62,242 bases of DNA from an uncultured Woeseiaceae bacterium. Its GTDB lineage: Bacteria > Pseudomonadota > Gammaproteobacteria > Steroidobacterales > Woeseiaceae. Positions 8,269-18,700 of this stretch are shown one piece after another. The stretch spans positions 1-62,242 of the forward strand of contig CAZLNH010000017.1 in assembly GCA_964560775.1 (NCBI GenBank). Direction: 5' to 3'. Below the pieces are notes generated by a model. It saw only the letters and a program-made list of their open reading frames with translations. It did no database searches and was not told the DNA's origin. Each line of letters starts with the position of its first letter. Position 1 is the first letter of the stretch. The position numbers and the translations under genes were made by a program.

Positions 8269-9042
8269 ATGTTGACACACATTCAACTCCGCGAGCTCTT
8301 TCATTTCTGCTTTTTGCAGCGGCTGCTACGCCTCTCCGATCCGGACCTCTATGTTCTGAAGGGCGGTGTCAATCTGCGATTCTTCTTGTTAAGCCCCCGC
8401 TATTCGGAGGACATGGATCTGGACGTGCTGGCCGGCAGCGTCGCGACACTCAAGAAGAACGGGTACAAGATCCTCGAAGATGCTGCCTTCGGGCGTAGCC
8501 TGCGCATCTACGGGATTGATGGCATCGAAATCAACGACCCGGACAAGGCCAAGCACACCGAGACGACGCAGCGATTTCGGTGCTCCCTGATTACGGAAGC
8601 CGGGCAGCGCCTGCCCACGAAGGTCGAGTTTTCTCGTCGGGCCAGGGACCCGGATGCCGCGGCCCCGCTCGAGACGATCAATACAGAAATTGCCCGCCGA
8701 TATCGAATGCTGGCTTACAGATGCCGGCATTATTCAGGGGTGGCGGCCGTTGTGCAGAAAGTCGAAGCACTGGCAGGACGCGCCCTGACCCAGGCGCGGG
8801 ATGTGTTTGATCTCGGTATCCTGCTGCGGGGTGGCTACGTCGATGCCGCCGCGCGTGAAGAGCTGCTGGCCGGCGCGCCAGTGCAGCAGGCATTAGAGTG
8901 CCTGGTGGCACTGGGCTGGGAGGATTACGAGGGACAGGTTATAGAATTCCTCGATCCGGACAGTCGCGCCGAATTCGGCAACCAGGCGGCGTGGAAAGAG
9001 CTTCAGACCAGCGTATTCGAGGTCCTCGAAGACCATGCTTGA
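8269..9042 (+). CDS. AbiEii/AbiGii-family nucleotidyltransferase toxin (type IV TA)
   Basis: LKGG-NLR...RYSEDMDL motif; K...R...RDVFDL C-terminal motif. Confidence 0.88.
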   Translation: MLTHIQLRELFHFCFLQRLLRLSDPDLYVLKGGVNLRFFLLSPRYSEDMDLDVLAGSVATLKKNGYKILEDAAFGRSLRIYGIDGIEINDPDKAKHTETTQRFRCSLITEAGQRLPTKVEFSRRARDPDAAAPLETINTEIARRYRMLAYRCRHYSGVAAVVQKVEALAGRALTQARDVFDLGILLRGGYVDAAAREELLAGAPVQQALECLVALGWEDYEGQVIEFLDPDSRAEFGNQAAWKELQTSVFEVLEDHA

Positions 9043-9664
9043 ACTCTTCAAGCAAGCTGAATTCGTTGTGTTCACAACGCGCGACTTCGCCAATGCGAAT
9101 CAGCTGAGCCTGTCCGCGGCTTCCCATCGTCTTCGGCGTCTGGTCGTCGAGAAATTCCTCACCCGGATTACGCGGGGTGTGTGGGCGAACGAAGGTCACC
9201 CGCATTTCCAGCCATTGGCCTGTGTGCCCTATTTGCTGGGAAAAGAGCAGGGCTATGTGTCATTTCTTACAGCGCTGCATCTGCACAATGTCATTTCACA
9301 GATTCCCGGGGCCATCCAGGTTGCGACGACAGGGCGCCCCCGCGTGATCAATTCACCCGTGGGACGTTTCGAGTTCCTGAGAATTAAGCCGGAACTGATG
9401 CGAGGAGGGGTCGAGTGGAGCACGACGCATCAGCCGTACCTCATAGCGACCGGAGAGAAAGCACTGTTTGATGTCTTGTATATTTCGACACGCAAGAACA
9501 GGCGCTTCGGGAAGCTGCCGGAACTGGATTTGAACGACAGCGGATTCGACCGGCGTGAATTCGAGCGGCTCTTGAGCAACTCGCCACTTCCGGTACGAAT
9601 CCGCCCGGCGATGCAGGAACGCTGGCAAAGGTTGGCCACCCTGGCGGCTGAATTACCAGGCTAG
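9035..9664 (+). CDS. AbiEi-family antitoxin / transcriptional regulator
   Basis: N-terminal wHTH (FTTRDF...RITRGVW), YVSFLTALHLHNVISQIP, IATGEKALFD; overlaps the toxin stop. Confidence 0.85.
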   Translation: MLELFKQAEFVVFTTRDFANANQLSLSAASHRLRRLVVEKFLTRITRGVWANEGHPHFQPLACVPYLLGKEQGYVSFLTALHLHNVISQIPGAIQVATTGRPRVINSPVGRFEFLRIKPELMRGGVEWSTTHQPYLIATGEKALFDVLYISTRKNRRFGKLPELDLNDSGFDRREFERLLSNSPLPVRIRPAMQERWQRLATLAAELPG

Positions 9665-9666
9665 AA

Positions 9667-9798
9667 GCACAAAACCCTGTCGCAGGCCGCAAATGAAACG
9701 ACATTCACCCTGACTATCGGAGAATCGCTGAAGGTAGCCACATCATCTTCTATATAGTTAGTGGCGAGGACGTCGACATCATCATCGGCATTCCGCAC
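9667..9798 (+). pseudogene. parE: Diverged duplicate of the parE 3' portion
   Basis: Aligns with about 7562-7690 (shared GAAGGTAGCCACATCAT and AGTGGCGAGGACGTCGACATCAT); internal stop, no 5' end. Confidence 0.85.
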
Positions 9799-10194
9799 CG
9801 GTTCGTGGCCGAGCACTATGCCGGGTTCCGGGATCGGCGAGCAGCCGAAGGGCGGCCGCTGCCGCGGTACGTTGAAGATGAGTTCGAGGCGTATCTCCAG
9901 TGTGGGTTGCTCGAGCATGGTTTTCTTCGGGTCAAGTGCGACAGCTGTCGGGCCGAGAAGCTGGTGGCATTCTCGTGCAAGCGCCGCGGCTTCTGCCCGA
10001 GCTGCGGTGCAAGACGGATGGCCGAAACGGCGGCACTGCTCGTGGACAATGTCTTGCCGCAGCAGCCGGTTCGCCAATGGGCGCTGTCGCTGCCGTTCGT
10101 GCTTCGGTACCTGCTGGCGACACGGCCCGAGGTGGTCACGCAGGTGCTCGTTATCGTCTACCGAGCGATCTCGAGCCATCTGATCCGCAAAGCC
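9799..10194 (+). mobile_element. IS91/ISCR-family transposase N-terminal fragment (zinc-binding domain)
   Basis: LPRYVEDEFEAYLQCG-LEHGFLRVKC...AFSCKRRGFCPSCGARRM...PVRQW; ends before the HUH/Y2 catalytic domain. Confidence 0.9.
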
Positions 10195-10779
10195 ATTGAC
10201 CGCGAGGATGTCCTCCTTCCATGCAGACGCGTTCGATCCTTTGAAATTGCATTTGGCGGTGGTCAGCCGATTGAGCCAGCGCGCGCTGCGCGGTCCGGCG
10301 GAGATCTTGATATTTTTACGGGACCGGCTGAGACCGTGCCGGCGCAACCAATGCATATCGAAACAGCGGCCGCTGACTATGTCGTCCTTCGTGATCGCAT
10401 TGCTGGTTGACATCGGCAATTTGAAATAGCTGCCTGACAGGTAAAAGCCGGTCTCGGCCGCCCCCGCGTGCACGGCGAGAAAATCGCTTCTGGGAATGCA
10501 GTCACCGTCCGTGAAGACGATATAGTCATGGCTGGCTTGCAGGACTGCCTTGTTCAGGATTCGGCATTTCCTGAAGCCGCGGTCTTCCTGCCAGACATGC
10601 GTGATCGGAATGGCCAGTTCGGTTCGCATGCGATCAATCAGTGCACGGGTGCGCTCATCCGAACCGTCGTGGGCAATGACAATTTCAAAGTGCCGGTGCG
10701 TCTGTTGTCCGTAGCCCCACAGGACCTTTTCGAGCCACTCCGGCGAGTTGTAGGTCGAAATGATTACCGAGAGATGCAT
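10189..10779 (-). pseudogene. Glycosyltransferase family 2, 3'-truncated
   Basis: LSVIISTYN...FTDGDCIP...AVNGF, then runs into the antisense of the IS91 fragment. Confidence 0.85.
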
Positions 10780-10899
10780 GGAACGGCGGCACCGCGTTTT
10801 GCTGACCGGATGCAACCGATTCTACGATTTTGACAGCAGCGGGTCGATCAGCCAGTGCCGGGTTCATCGCGAACCGCGCTGTCGCAGCGAAGGTGCGCT

Positions 10900-10996
10900 G
10901 TCATCGCGTGCCGCGCAAGCGGCGTGGCGATCTCGATCCGCCGGGCAGAGTCACAGCGTTACGAGATCACCACGCCGCTACGCGGCTCGCGATGAT
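10900..10996. repeat. REP-like palindromic repeat (GTCATCGCG...CGTGGCGATCTC family)
   Basis: Imperfect inverted arms 10900-10935 and 10962-10996; relatives at 39055 and 62158. Confidence 0.75.
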
Positions 10997-11001
10997 ATTT
11001 A

Positions 11002-12015
11002 TCAGCAGGGATCGGTTTGCTGTTCGTCGCCCGGAATGTTGCAGATCTTCGTTTCCTGGCTGACGACCTCGACATTGATCATTGCGTCGAAATCGAATCC
11101 GCTGTCTGATGGTGTCGGGTAGTCGTCATCCGTTGCACCGTCAGCCATGCCCGAGCACGTAAAGGCCAGCGTATACGAACCCGGCAGCATGTACATCAGG
11201 TGATACTCGTACTCGCCGGTATCGTCGTTCAATGTGACGACGTCGCTCGTCAGCGGACCACTGCGGCCGTCGGTGTCTTCCTCGGCGACATCATCGACCT
11301 CGGCATCGGCGCCCTCGAATGCATATACCGCGTTACCGGTAAGTGCATCCGGCTCGGCAGAAAGGCAGCGATCATTGTTGATGTCCACAAGATCCATTGC
11401 CACTGTGCCCGATACCGCGCCGGTATCCTCGACGTTCATCAGCCTGGCGGCAGGCTTGAGCAGGAACGTCCGTTCGCCGCCCATGCCAAGTCCGGGCGGT
11501 TCAATCAGGGACTTCCGGACATCGAAATCAATCATGTAGGTAACGCTGTCATTCAGCGGCACGGTAAAGCCATCGACCAGCTTGTAGCCGGTTTGCGCGC
11601 CGCTTGGTATGAACAGCGGATAGGTAGCGCCATCGGACTCGAGCTGCACGTACGAGAGATCTTCGTCGAAGTAGATGCGCATCCACTCGTAATCGCCCGC
11701 CGGGACTTCCTCGCCGTCAATGATGATTGCTGATGCACCGTTGGTGAAATCAATCAGGTTCAACTGGCGGGGCGCGCCGTCGACATCCACCCGAAACGGC
11801 GGTTCGTCTTCATCAACCGGCTTGAATTCGAATTCCGTCATCGCAACAACCACGGCCGCCGCGTCATCGACCGGCGCATCGGTGATGCCGATTGAAATGG
11901 AGCCGGTGCGGGTTTCGTCGACCTGAGATTCCCCGTCGCCACTATTGCTACAGCCAGTAGCCAGGATTGCGGCGACGAGGGCCGCCGGAAACAGGCTGGT
12001 GCGAATGCGGTTCAT
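11002..12015 (-). CDS. DUF4382-domain lipoprotein
   Basis: Lipobox LATGC; ITDAPVD, IPSGAQTG-KL, IDFDVRKSL motifs; GGGAG RBS. Confidence 0.85.
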   Translation of the reverse strand: MNRIRTSLFPAALVAAILATGCSNSGDGESQVDETRTGSISIGITDAPVDDAAAVVVAMTEFEFKPVDEDEPPFRVDVDGAPRQLNLIDFTNGASAIIIDGEEVPAGDYEWMRIYFDEDLSYVQLESDGATYPLFIPSGAQTGYKLVDGFTVPLNDSVTYMIDFDVRKSLIEPPGLGMGGERTFLLKPAARLMNVEDTGAVSGTVAMDLVDINNDRCLSAEPDALTGNAVYAFEGADAEVDDVAEEDTDGRSGPLTSDVVTLNDDTGEYEYHLMYMLPGSYTLAFTCSGMADGATDDDYPTPSDSGFDFDAMINVEVVSQETKICNIPGDEQQTDPC

Positions 12016-12094
12016 GAAACGTACTCCCTTTGTTGGATGCAATCGGTGCAGTCCGCAGTGGCAGACCGCGCCCGGATTCAGTGTCCTTACGGAA

Positions 12095-12123
12095 GTTACA
12101 CGGGCGGGGGAGATATGGGTTCC
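12095..12123 (-). promoter_or_regulatory. ECF promoter GGAAC-N16-CGTGTAAC upstream of the DUF4382 gene
   Basis: Matches the sites at 12191 and 13487 with identical spacing. Confidence 0.7.
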
Positions 12124-12190
12124 ATCTATTTGACATAATTACGTAGCCGGGATCAGGCAGACGCCTGCGCCCGGCTGCGCTACATTCACC

Positions 12191-12220
12191 GGAACCTGAT
12201 CGGTCGCCGGACGTGTTAAC
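12191..12220 (+). promoter_or_regulatory. ECF autoregulatory promoter GGAAC-N16-CGTGTTAAC
   Basis: Immediately upstream of the sigma ATG; canonical AAC/CGT ECF pattern. Confidence 0.72.
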
Positions 12221-12223
12221 TCC

Positions 12224-12796
12224 ATGCAATTGCTGAGTTGGGTCAAGGGACAGAGCGCCGAGGAGCGCCGTTTCGAAGCGCTGGTCTGGCGCCACTACCC
12301 GGCGCTTTACCGTACGGCCTGGCGCTGGACGCGTTCGGTCGAGGACGCGGAAGACCTCGTTCAGGAAGCGTGCACCCGAGCCTTTGCCCGGCTGGACGAA
12401 ATCGAGGCACTCGAGCGTCCGGTGAGCTGGATCATACGCATTATGTACCGGCTTTTTGTCGATGTGACCCGGCGTCACGAGCGCCGGTTTGCCGATCCAC
12501 TGGACGATCCGGCGATAGGGGAACTCGTCAGCGATGCACCGGGCCCTGACGATCTCGCTGAACGCAGTGAATCGGCCGGACGGATGCACGCAGCGTGGCT
12601 TCGCATGGACCGTGACCGCCGGGTATTGCTGTCGATGCACGATATTGAAGGTTACACACTGGCAGAGCTGGCCGAAACCACCGGCCTCAAGGAAGGCACG
12701 CTGAAGTCCCGGCTACACCGTTCCCGGGTGTTGCTCGGCCGCCTGCTCGAACAGGAACATAATCGCGACCGCCGGACGGTGCGCGCCGGAGAATGA
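12224..12796 (+). CDS. ECF RNA polymerase sigma-70 factor
   Basis: DAEDLVQE region 2; EGYTLAELAE...GTLKSRLHRSR region 4. Confidence 0.93.
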   Translation: MQLLSWVKGQSAEERRFEALVWRHYPALYRTAWRWTRSVEDAEDLVQEACTRAFARLDEIEALERPVSWIIRIMYRLFVDVTRRHERRFADPLDDPAIGELVSDAPGPDDLAERSESAGRMHAAWLRMDRDRRVLLSMHDIEGYTLAELAETTGLKEGTLKSRLHRSRVLLGRLLEQEHNRDRRTVRAGE

Positions 12797-13452
12797 CTAT
12801 GAAGAATTGCGAAGAGATCAGTGCACGCTTTGCGGCACCTGCAGGATTCCCCGATGAACTGGATGAGCGCCGAATAGTCGAGCATCTGGCCGGCTGCGAG
12901 GATTGCCAGCAAGCACTGCGTGCGGCGGAGGCATTGCGTGCAGAGCAGGCCGCCAACGTGCCGCCCGCATCGTCCGACGCAATTTTACGCATCTTGCGCG
13001 CGGCACATTCGGATGTCCTGGCGCGGCGCAGACCGATGGGTGCGTTCTGGGGCGGTCTCGGCGTCGGCGCCGCCGCCGTGGCCACTGCGGCCTTGCTACT
13101 GTATTCGCCAATTGCGCAGCAACCCGGTGATGCCGCTAACAACGTGCCGGTAGTCACGCTCGCTATCATGGAGCCCCAGGACATCAGCATTGCCATCAAT
13201 TCGCCGGAATCAATGCAAGGTGCAGAGATGCACGTCATGTTGCGCGGTGCCATCGACCTGGCGGGCTATGAAGGGCAACGCGACCTGACGTGGCCGGTCG
13301 ACCTCGAGCGCGGTGTGAACGAGTTGACGCTGCCAGTCATTGCGACCGGAACTCGCGGTGGCCGGATGGTGGTCGAAGTGCGCTTCGGTGACAAGCGCAA
13401 GACGTTTGAAGTTGATGTGCTGGCGGCCGCGCCCGTCGGCGGCGCTGTATAG
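12793..13452 (+). CDS. Anti-sigma factor, zf-HC2 type, membrane-anchored
   Basis: HLAGCEDC (HxxxCxxC), TM helix, coupled to the sigma gene. Confidence 0.85.
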   Translation: MTMKNCEEISARFAAPAGFPDELDERRIVEHLAGCEDCQQALRAAEALRAEQAANVPPASSDAILRILRAAHSDVLARRRPMGAFWGGLGVGAAAVATAALLLYSPIAQQPGDAANNVPVVTLAIMEPQDISIAINSPESMQGAEMHVMLRGAIDLAGYEGQRDLTWPVDLERGVNELTLPVIATGTRGGRMVVEVRFGDKRKTFEVDVLAAAPVGGAV

Positions 13453-13486
13453 ACGGGATGCCAAACGTACTGTCACCTGTCGTTAT

Positions 13487-13516
13487 GAAACGAAAACGGT
13501 TCACGAACGTGTTAAC
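13487..13516 (+). promoter_or_regulatory. ECF promoter GAAAC-N16-CGTGTTAAC
   Basis: Same -10 element and spacing as 12191. Confidence 0.68.
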
Positions 13517-13549
13517 AGCAAGGTACGATCTGAAGATCGGAGTTGGAAT

Positions 13550-13981
13550 ATGAAAATCTACGCTGTACTGCCCGTGGCTATTGTCGCATTGCTGTTAACG
13601 ATACCCGCGGCGCTGGCTCAGGATGAATCCGGTGACGAGGTTGTGCCGGAGGAACTTGAGCTTACAATGACGCTGCTTCCGAGCGGTGCGGATCGGGCCG
13701 AAGACGTGACCCGTTCCATCCCGTTACCGCCGGCGGCAAGCCGCGGTGTTGAGGCCAGCGAAAATGGCAAGGACAAGGCCGACGCTGCCGGTGACGGCGG
13801 CCGTGACTTCGGCCATGAGACGGCAGCAGAAGCGCGCGAGCGTGGTCAGGAATTTGGCGAGGAAATGGCCGAGCGGGCAAGAGAGAATCGCGAGGATTCG
13901 GGTCGTGGCGGTCCGCCTGACGAACCGCCGGGGGGGCCGCCGGACGACTTGCCGGAGCCACCCGTCCCGCCGCGTCCCTGA
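13550..13981 (+). CDS. Secreted low-complexity acidic/Pro-rich protein
   Basis: GGAG RBS; signal peptide ending ALA-Q. Confidence 0.75.
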   Translation: MKIYAVLPVAIVALLLTIPAALAQDESGDEVVPEELELTMTLLPSGADRAEDVTRSIPLPPAASRGVEASENGKDKADAAGDGGRDFGHETAAEARERGQEFGEEMAERARENREDSGRGGPPDEPPGGPPDDLPEPPVPPRP

Positions 13982-14077
13982 ACGCGAATAGTCCGGGCAA
14001 GGGATACGATGCATTGATACCAAGACCACCGCTCAGTATTACGACGGCAGGCCGAACCCGGCTGGCCTGCCGTTAGG

Positions 14078-15427
14078 ATGGCAATGCCGGAGCACGATAG
14101 CGCAGGGCAGCGATCGAAGCGGCGCCCCTGTCGCCGTCGCCCTGGCAGCTTCACAGCCGCCGGGGCGTTGCTGCTTGTGCTGTTCGTGGCTGCCGAGGTG
14201 CCGGCCCAATCGACTGAAATGGATGGGGAGCAGGCGTTTGTCGAGGGCAGCCGTCATTTCGCCGAGGGCGACTACGGTATGGCACTGGCACGGTTCCGCT
14301 CAGCGCTCGAAGCCGGCAAGCATTCCGCAGCCGTGCTGTACAACATCGGTGTCTGCGAATACAGGGTCGGCGAATACGTAGCGGCCGAGCAAACGTTCCT
14401 TCGGATCTCTCGGGACTTCCCCGACATGCGCTTGCTGGCGGATTACAACCGCGGACTGGCGCTCGTGAGGCAGCAACGTAACGAAGAGGCAGAACAGTTG
14501 TTCCGGAACGCCGCCGCGTCCCAGGACCCGGTACTGGCCCGCCTGGCCGGCAGCATGCTCGAACGGCTCGTTCCCAATCGCGAGGTGCCCGGCGAGGTAA
14601 CCGGTAACCCCAACTGGTTCGTGTATCTCGATGTCGGTGCAGGCTACGATGACAACGTCGCCTTGCTTGATGATTCGGGCGCGACGGCAGGTGCGACCAC
14701 CGATAGCACATTCAGTGAAGTGTTCGGTCAGTTTGGCGGCAGCCTCGGTCAAACCGGGGCATTCCAGTACGATGCCAGCACCTATCTCGTGCGTTACTTT
14801 GACGCCGGACAATTTGACCAGAATGCTTTTCGCCTCGCTGGTTCCTGGTTATGGCGGATAGGCGAATGGGTCGGCGAAGCGGGTCCCTACTTTGCTTACA
14901 GTACGCTGGACGGTAACGGATACGACCGGCGGGGTGGACTGCAACTGGGCCTGAGCGGCGCTCTCGGCAACAGTACGCGCCTGCGAGTCCTTCTGGCTCA
15001 TGAAGAAATTCGCGACGCCGACGCCCGGTATGAGTTTGTCTCCGGTGCAAGGCAGCGCGCCAGCCTGCGCTGGACCCGGCGTATCACCGATACGCAACGG
15101 TGGCACCTGGAATATGCATACACGAACGACGACCGCGCCGGTGCGTCGGTATCACCGGCACGGCATCGTTTTGCAACTGGTTACGGCCATCGGTTCAACA
15201 CCCGCTGGTCCGTTAGCACAGACCTGGTCTACCGTTCGAGCCACTACGACGATCTTGCCGCGCCGCGCGAAGAAAATATGTTGGAGTTCGGGCTAATGGT
15301 CATGTGCGACATCGGCCCGGAGTGGCAGTTGACGGCTGAAGCAAGGTTGTCGGACAACGATGCCAATGCGGATGGCTTCAGCTATACGCGCAACCGCATG
15401 CAGTTATCTATCAACCGACTTTTCTGA
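14078..15427 (+). CDS. TPR plus outer-membrane beta-barrel protein (Slam/DUF560-like)
   Basis: TPR helices (YNIGVCEY, YNRGLAL), GAGYDDNV barrel start, amphipathic strands, C-terminal F; start uncertain. Confidence 0.78.
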   Translation: MAMPEHDSAGQRSKRRPCRRRPGSFTAAGALLLVLFVAAEVPAQSTEMDGEQAFVEGSRHFAEGDYGMALARFRSALEAGKHSAAVLYNIGVCEYRVGEYVAAEQTFLRISRDFPDMRLLADYNRGLALVRQQRNEEAEQLFRNAAASQDPVLARLAGSMLERLVPNREVPGEVTGNPNWFVYLDVGAGYDDNVALLDDSGATAGATTDSTFSEVFGQFGGSLGQTGAFQYDASTYLVRYFDAGQFDQNAFRLAGSWLWRIGEWVGEAGPYFAYSTLDGNGYDRRGGLQLGLSGALGNSTRLRVLLAHEEIRDADARYEFVSGARQRASLRWTRRITDTQRWHLEYAYTNDDRAGASVSPARHRFATGYGHRFNTRWSVSTDLVYRSSHYDDLAAPREENMLEFGLMVMCDIGPEWQLTAEARLSDNDANADGFSYTRNRMQLSINRLF

Positions 15428-15723
15428 TCACAGGCCCTGCAGTAGCAGTGGCGCGTCACGCGCGCCGTCTTACATGCTCTCGCCCTCGATATACGTACTC
15501 CTGTCTGAGGAGTCTTTGAACATCACGCAGACGATGTCTGCGGATCAATGTGCCATTCAGCTATGATTCGGTCGTCGAGAGCGATCGACCGGTTGAGATG
15601 ACCTGCGCATCGCAATGCACAGACACGCAGTGCTACTGAGCGAAGCGACAGCTTGCCCGCCCATCAAGCGAGCGGTTTGGCTTGCGGGGCCGGACCCGGA
15701 ACGGCCCGACCCCCGCCCGCCGT

Positions 15724-18700
15724 TCAGAACGCGGCTTGTGCGCTGTTAGTGCAAACGTTGCTACCCGACTCACACACGGAGTAGGTGTATGTACCACCGC
15801 CGCGCCGGTTGAGCTTGTCCAGGTATTCCTCGTCATTCGACACGACGATAGTCCCGCTGCTGCTGCCGGACCGGTGGATATCGACCGAGGCGCCGAGCAG
15901 GCCCGTCCAGTTGAGCTGTACTTGTTGCAAGCCCCGGTCTTTACTCGTAGCCAGGGTCAATGTTGCATCGCCTTCCGGCTCTTCCGGCTCGTCGACTGTT
16001 ACATCGGTTTCGCCGTCGGCACTGCCGCCCGCGTTATCGGTGACAGTCAGTCGTGCGGTGTAGATACCGGCCGCGGGGAACGTGAACTCAACTATGGCCC
16101 CGGCTGCGCCGCCTGTTTCGTCGTCGCCGCTCAAGAAGACCCAATCGTAATCGGCAATCGAGCCGTCCGGATCCGATGATCCGCTGCCGTCGAACACACA
16201 GGTAAGGCCGGTGCAGTCCGGCTCTGCGATATTCACATTTGGCAGCTGGTTCTCAGGCTCTGGCTCCGGTTCCGGATCGGGCTCGGGTTCCGGTCCCGGG
16301 TCGGAACCGCCGCCGGACAGCAGCAGATACTCTCCACGTACCTGCAACTGGGTGTTCCCCTGGTAGAACTCCGCGGTCGGAATGAAACCGGCCATCGCCA
16401 GGATAAACCCAAAGTTGTCTTCGAAGTTCATTACGGTCGCCGCCTCACCTGGCTGGTGCACCGTCACGAACTCGACTTCCGTCAGGGACGTCGGCGAGGT
16501 GAACCAGTCATCTCCGCCATTCAGGCTCGGATGGCAGTACGGCAGCCGACGCTGATCTTGGCAGTCGAAGTCGCCGCGCTGGTCAAGGAGGCCGAAGTCC
16601 GGATCAGCGACGAAGTCCGCCAACGTGCCCGGCGACACCTTAAGGATCAGGCCGCGGAAATCACCGTAGTCCATCTCTATGCGCACGCTTTGCGACTCGC
16701 CGGGAAGCAGGCCGGCGCCCGGAGTGCCCGAGCAGGTTTCGTCGGCGTCCTGATCCTCGGAAGGTGCACCGCTCTTGATGCAGACGAAGTTCGCCGTACC
16801 CGTATCGCTTTTCATCAGCGGCTCGAAGGTACCGTTCTTCTTGATTGCCTCGAGCTGGCCTACCACCGGACCGTCGACGCCCGGGAAGTCCGGGACAAAG
16901 GTAGATGACAACAACGAATTGCCGATGACGTTCGGGAAGCGACCAATGCCGAGGCCAACATCGAAACATTCCGCCTCGTGCGGATCGGAACCACAGGACG
17001 CCAGGCCGCCGCCAGCACCGGTGCGCAGGTCCTGGCGCCCCAGAATAGACGTGCCGTCGAGGCCGTTGATGTCGGTCAGGCCGCGGCGCTTGGTCTGGAA
17101 GTTGAACGACGTCAGGTAAATGTCCGAGCAGGACGACTCGCCGTTCGGGCAGCTCGTATTCTTGATCGTTACCGTGAACTGCACGCGGTCACCGCCCGCC
17201 TGTCCGCCCTCATTGGCAACGGTCGCCTTGTCGTCCGAGATGACCACGACGTCGGAGAAGGTTGCCTCGGCGCTCGCACCGATCGATGCGCCCGAACTCA
17301 CGTTGCCCGGGGTCTCGAAGACGTTTGTGATCTTGCAAACGCCGCCGCCTGGGCTGCATTCGTCGGTGGTGATGCCTGCACCGATCGTGGGTTCGCCGTC
17401 GTAGTCGGCTGGGTAATAGCTGCCGGCCACTTCGCGGCGGATGAGATTGCCGCCGTCGACCGTATAAAACTCGGCCCAGGGCACATACGGCGAGCCGCCA
17501 CAGGAGCCTTCACGGGAGCCGCCTAACTCACAGCTTGGGTCCAGCGTCTCTCCGGACTCACCGAAGCCGCGCAGGATCTCGAAGAAGTTCAGTTCGCCTG
17601 GCCGCAGATTACCGTGGTCCAGCATGCTGAACTTGCCCGAATGGCCCGTGAGGACCGTCGGCAGCTCCCCCGGCAGGTAGTCGTCACGCGTGTCGAGGAT
17701 GTCCGTGAAGCCCCAGTTGCGCCGTGGCACGGTCAGGAACTGGTTCTTCGAGAAGGGGTAAAACGACGGCACGCAGTTCCCGTCGGAATCGCGGATGATC
17801 TTGACGTCGCCAAAATTCACGACGTTGAGCACGTTGTCCGTCCCGTTCTGTACATCGAGCTCGAGACACTCCGCAGCGGCTGTTGGGGCCTTTTGTATCC
17901 CGGCATTGGCCAGCGAGCCGACCAGCGGGCCGACAGAGGCCAGGCAGGTCGGATCGTCGGCGGCGCAGTCGGGCGAGGGTTGACGCTCCAGTGCGCCATC
18001 GTCGGTGCCCGCATCCAGCAGCAGGCGCATCGTCATAGACTCGCCCGGCAGCAGGCCCTTCGGCAGTTTGATGTTGCCCGGGTCGATGAGGGTGCCGTCA
18101 GCCGCCTGCAATTGTGGCGCATCCTCGCTCGTGATCGGGTTCACGCTGCCCACGTCCGGAATTACGAATGTGCGCCCACCAGTGCATTCGAGCGTCTCGT
18201 TTTCAACCCCGAGATTGAGTTCGGGCGGGTAGTCGTTGGATGAGTTAATGCAGATGCCCTTAATCTTGCCGCCGAACAGCCCGTTCGAGGTGCCGTTCTT
18301 CTTGACGCCGATGAGCGGGTCGGGGGCAGTGCTGTCAATTGCAACGCGTGCCGCAGAGAACAGCTTGTCGCCGATGCGCGAGCCGAGCGCGGGCGACTCG
18401 GAGAACTTCGACTGGAACGCGAAGGCCGTGAGCACCACGCCGGGCCCGGACGTGTTGGTGATCGTCACGTCGAAGGTAAGGGTATCGCCGCCGATCGCGC
18501 CGGGATGCAGCTCAGTCAGGCTCTTGACGCCATCGTTATTCGAGTCCGCGATCAACTGTTGAAGGCATTCGTCGATAGACATGGCCGTTGTGCCTGCGCG
18601 GCAATTTTGCCAGGCAGCATAGGCAATGCCGTTCAACTCGAAGTTCGAGAAAGTAGCTTCCATGGACGCGACGGGACTCGCGGAACCGCCGCCCGGCCCG

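Noticed and set aside
8251-8270. CGCATAAT as an XerC arm of a dif site
   Set aside because: No XerD arm (TTATGTTAAAT) follows; it is part of the AbiE operator palindrome.
9805-10410. 201-aa ORF as a functional transposase
   Set aside because: Similarity ends at HLIRKA; no HUH/Y2 domain, and the tail is antisense GT2.
9661-10815. 384-aa - strand ORF as an intact glycosyltransferase
   Set aside because: The part after AVNGF is antisense of the IS91 and parE fragments, so the ORF is chimeric.
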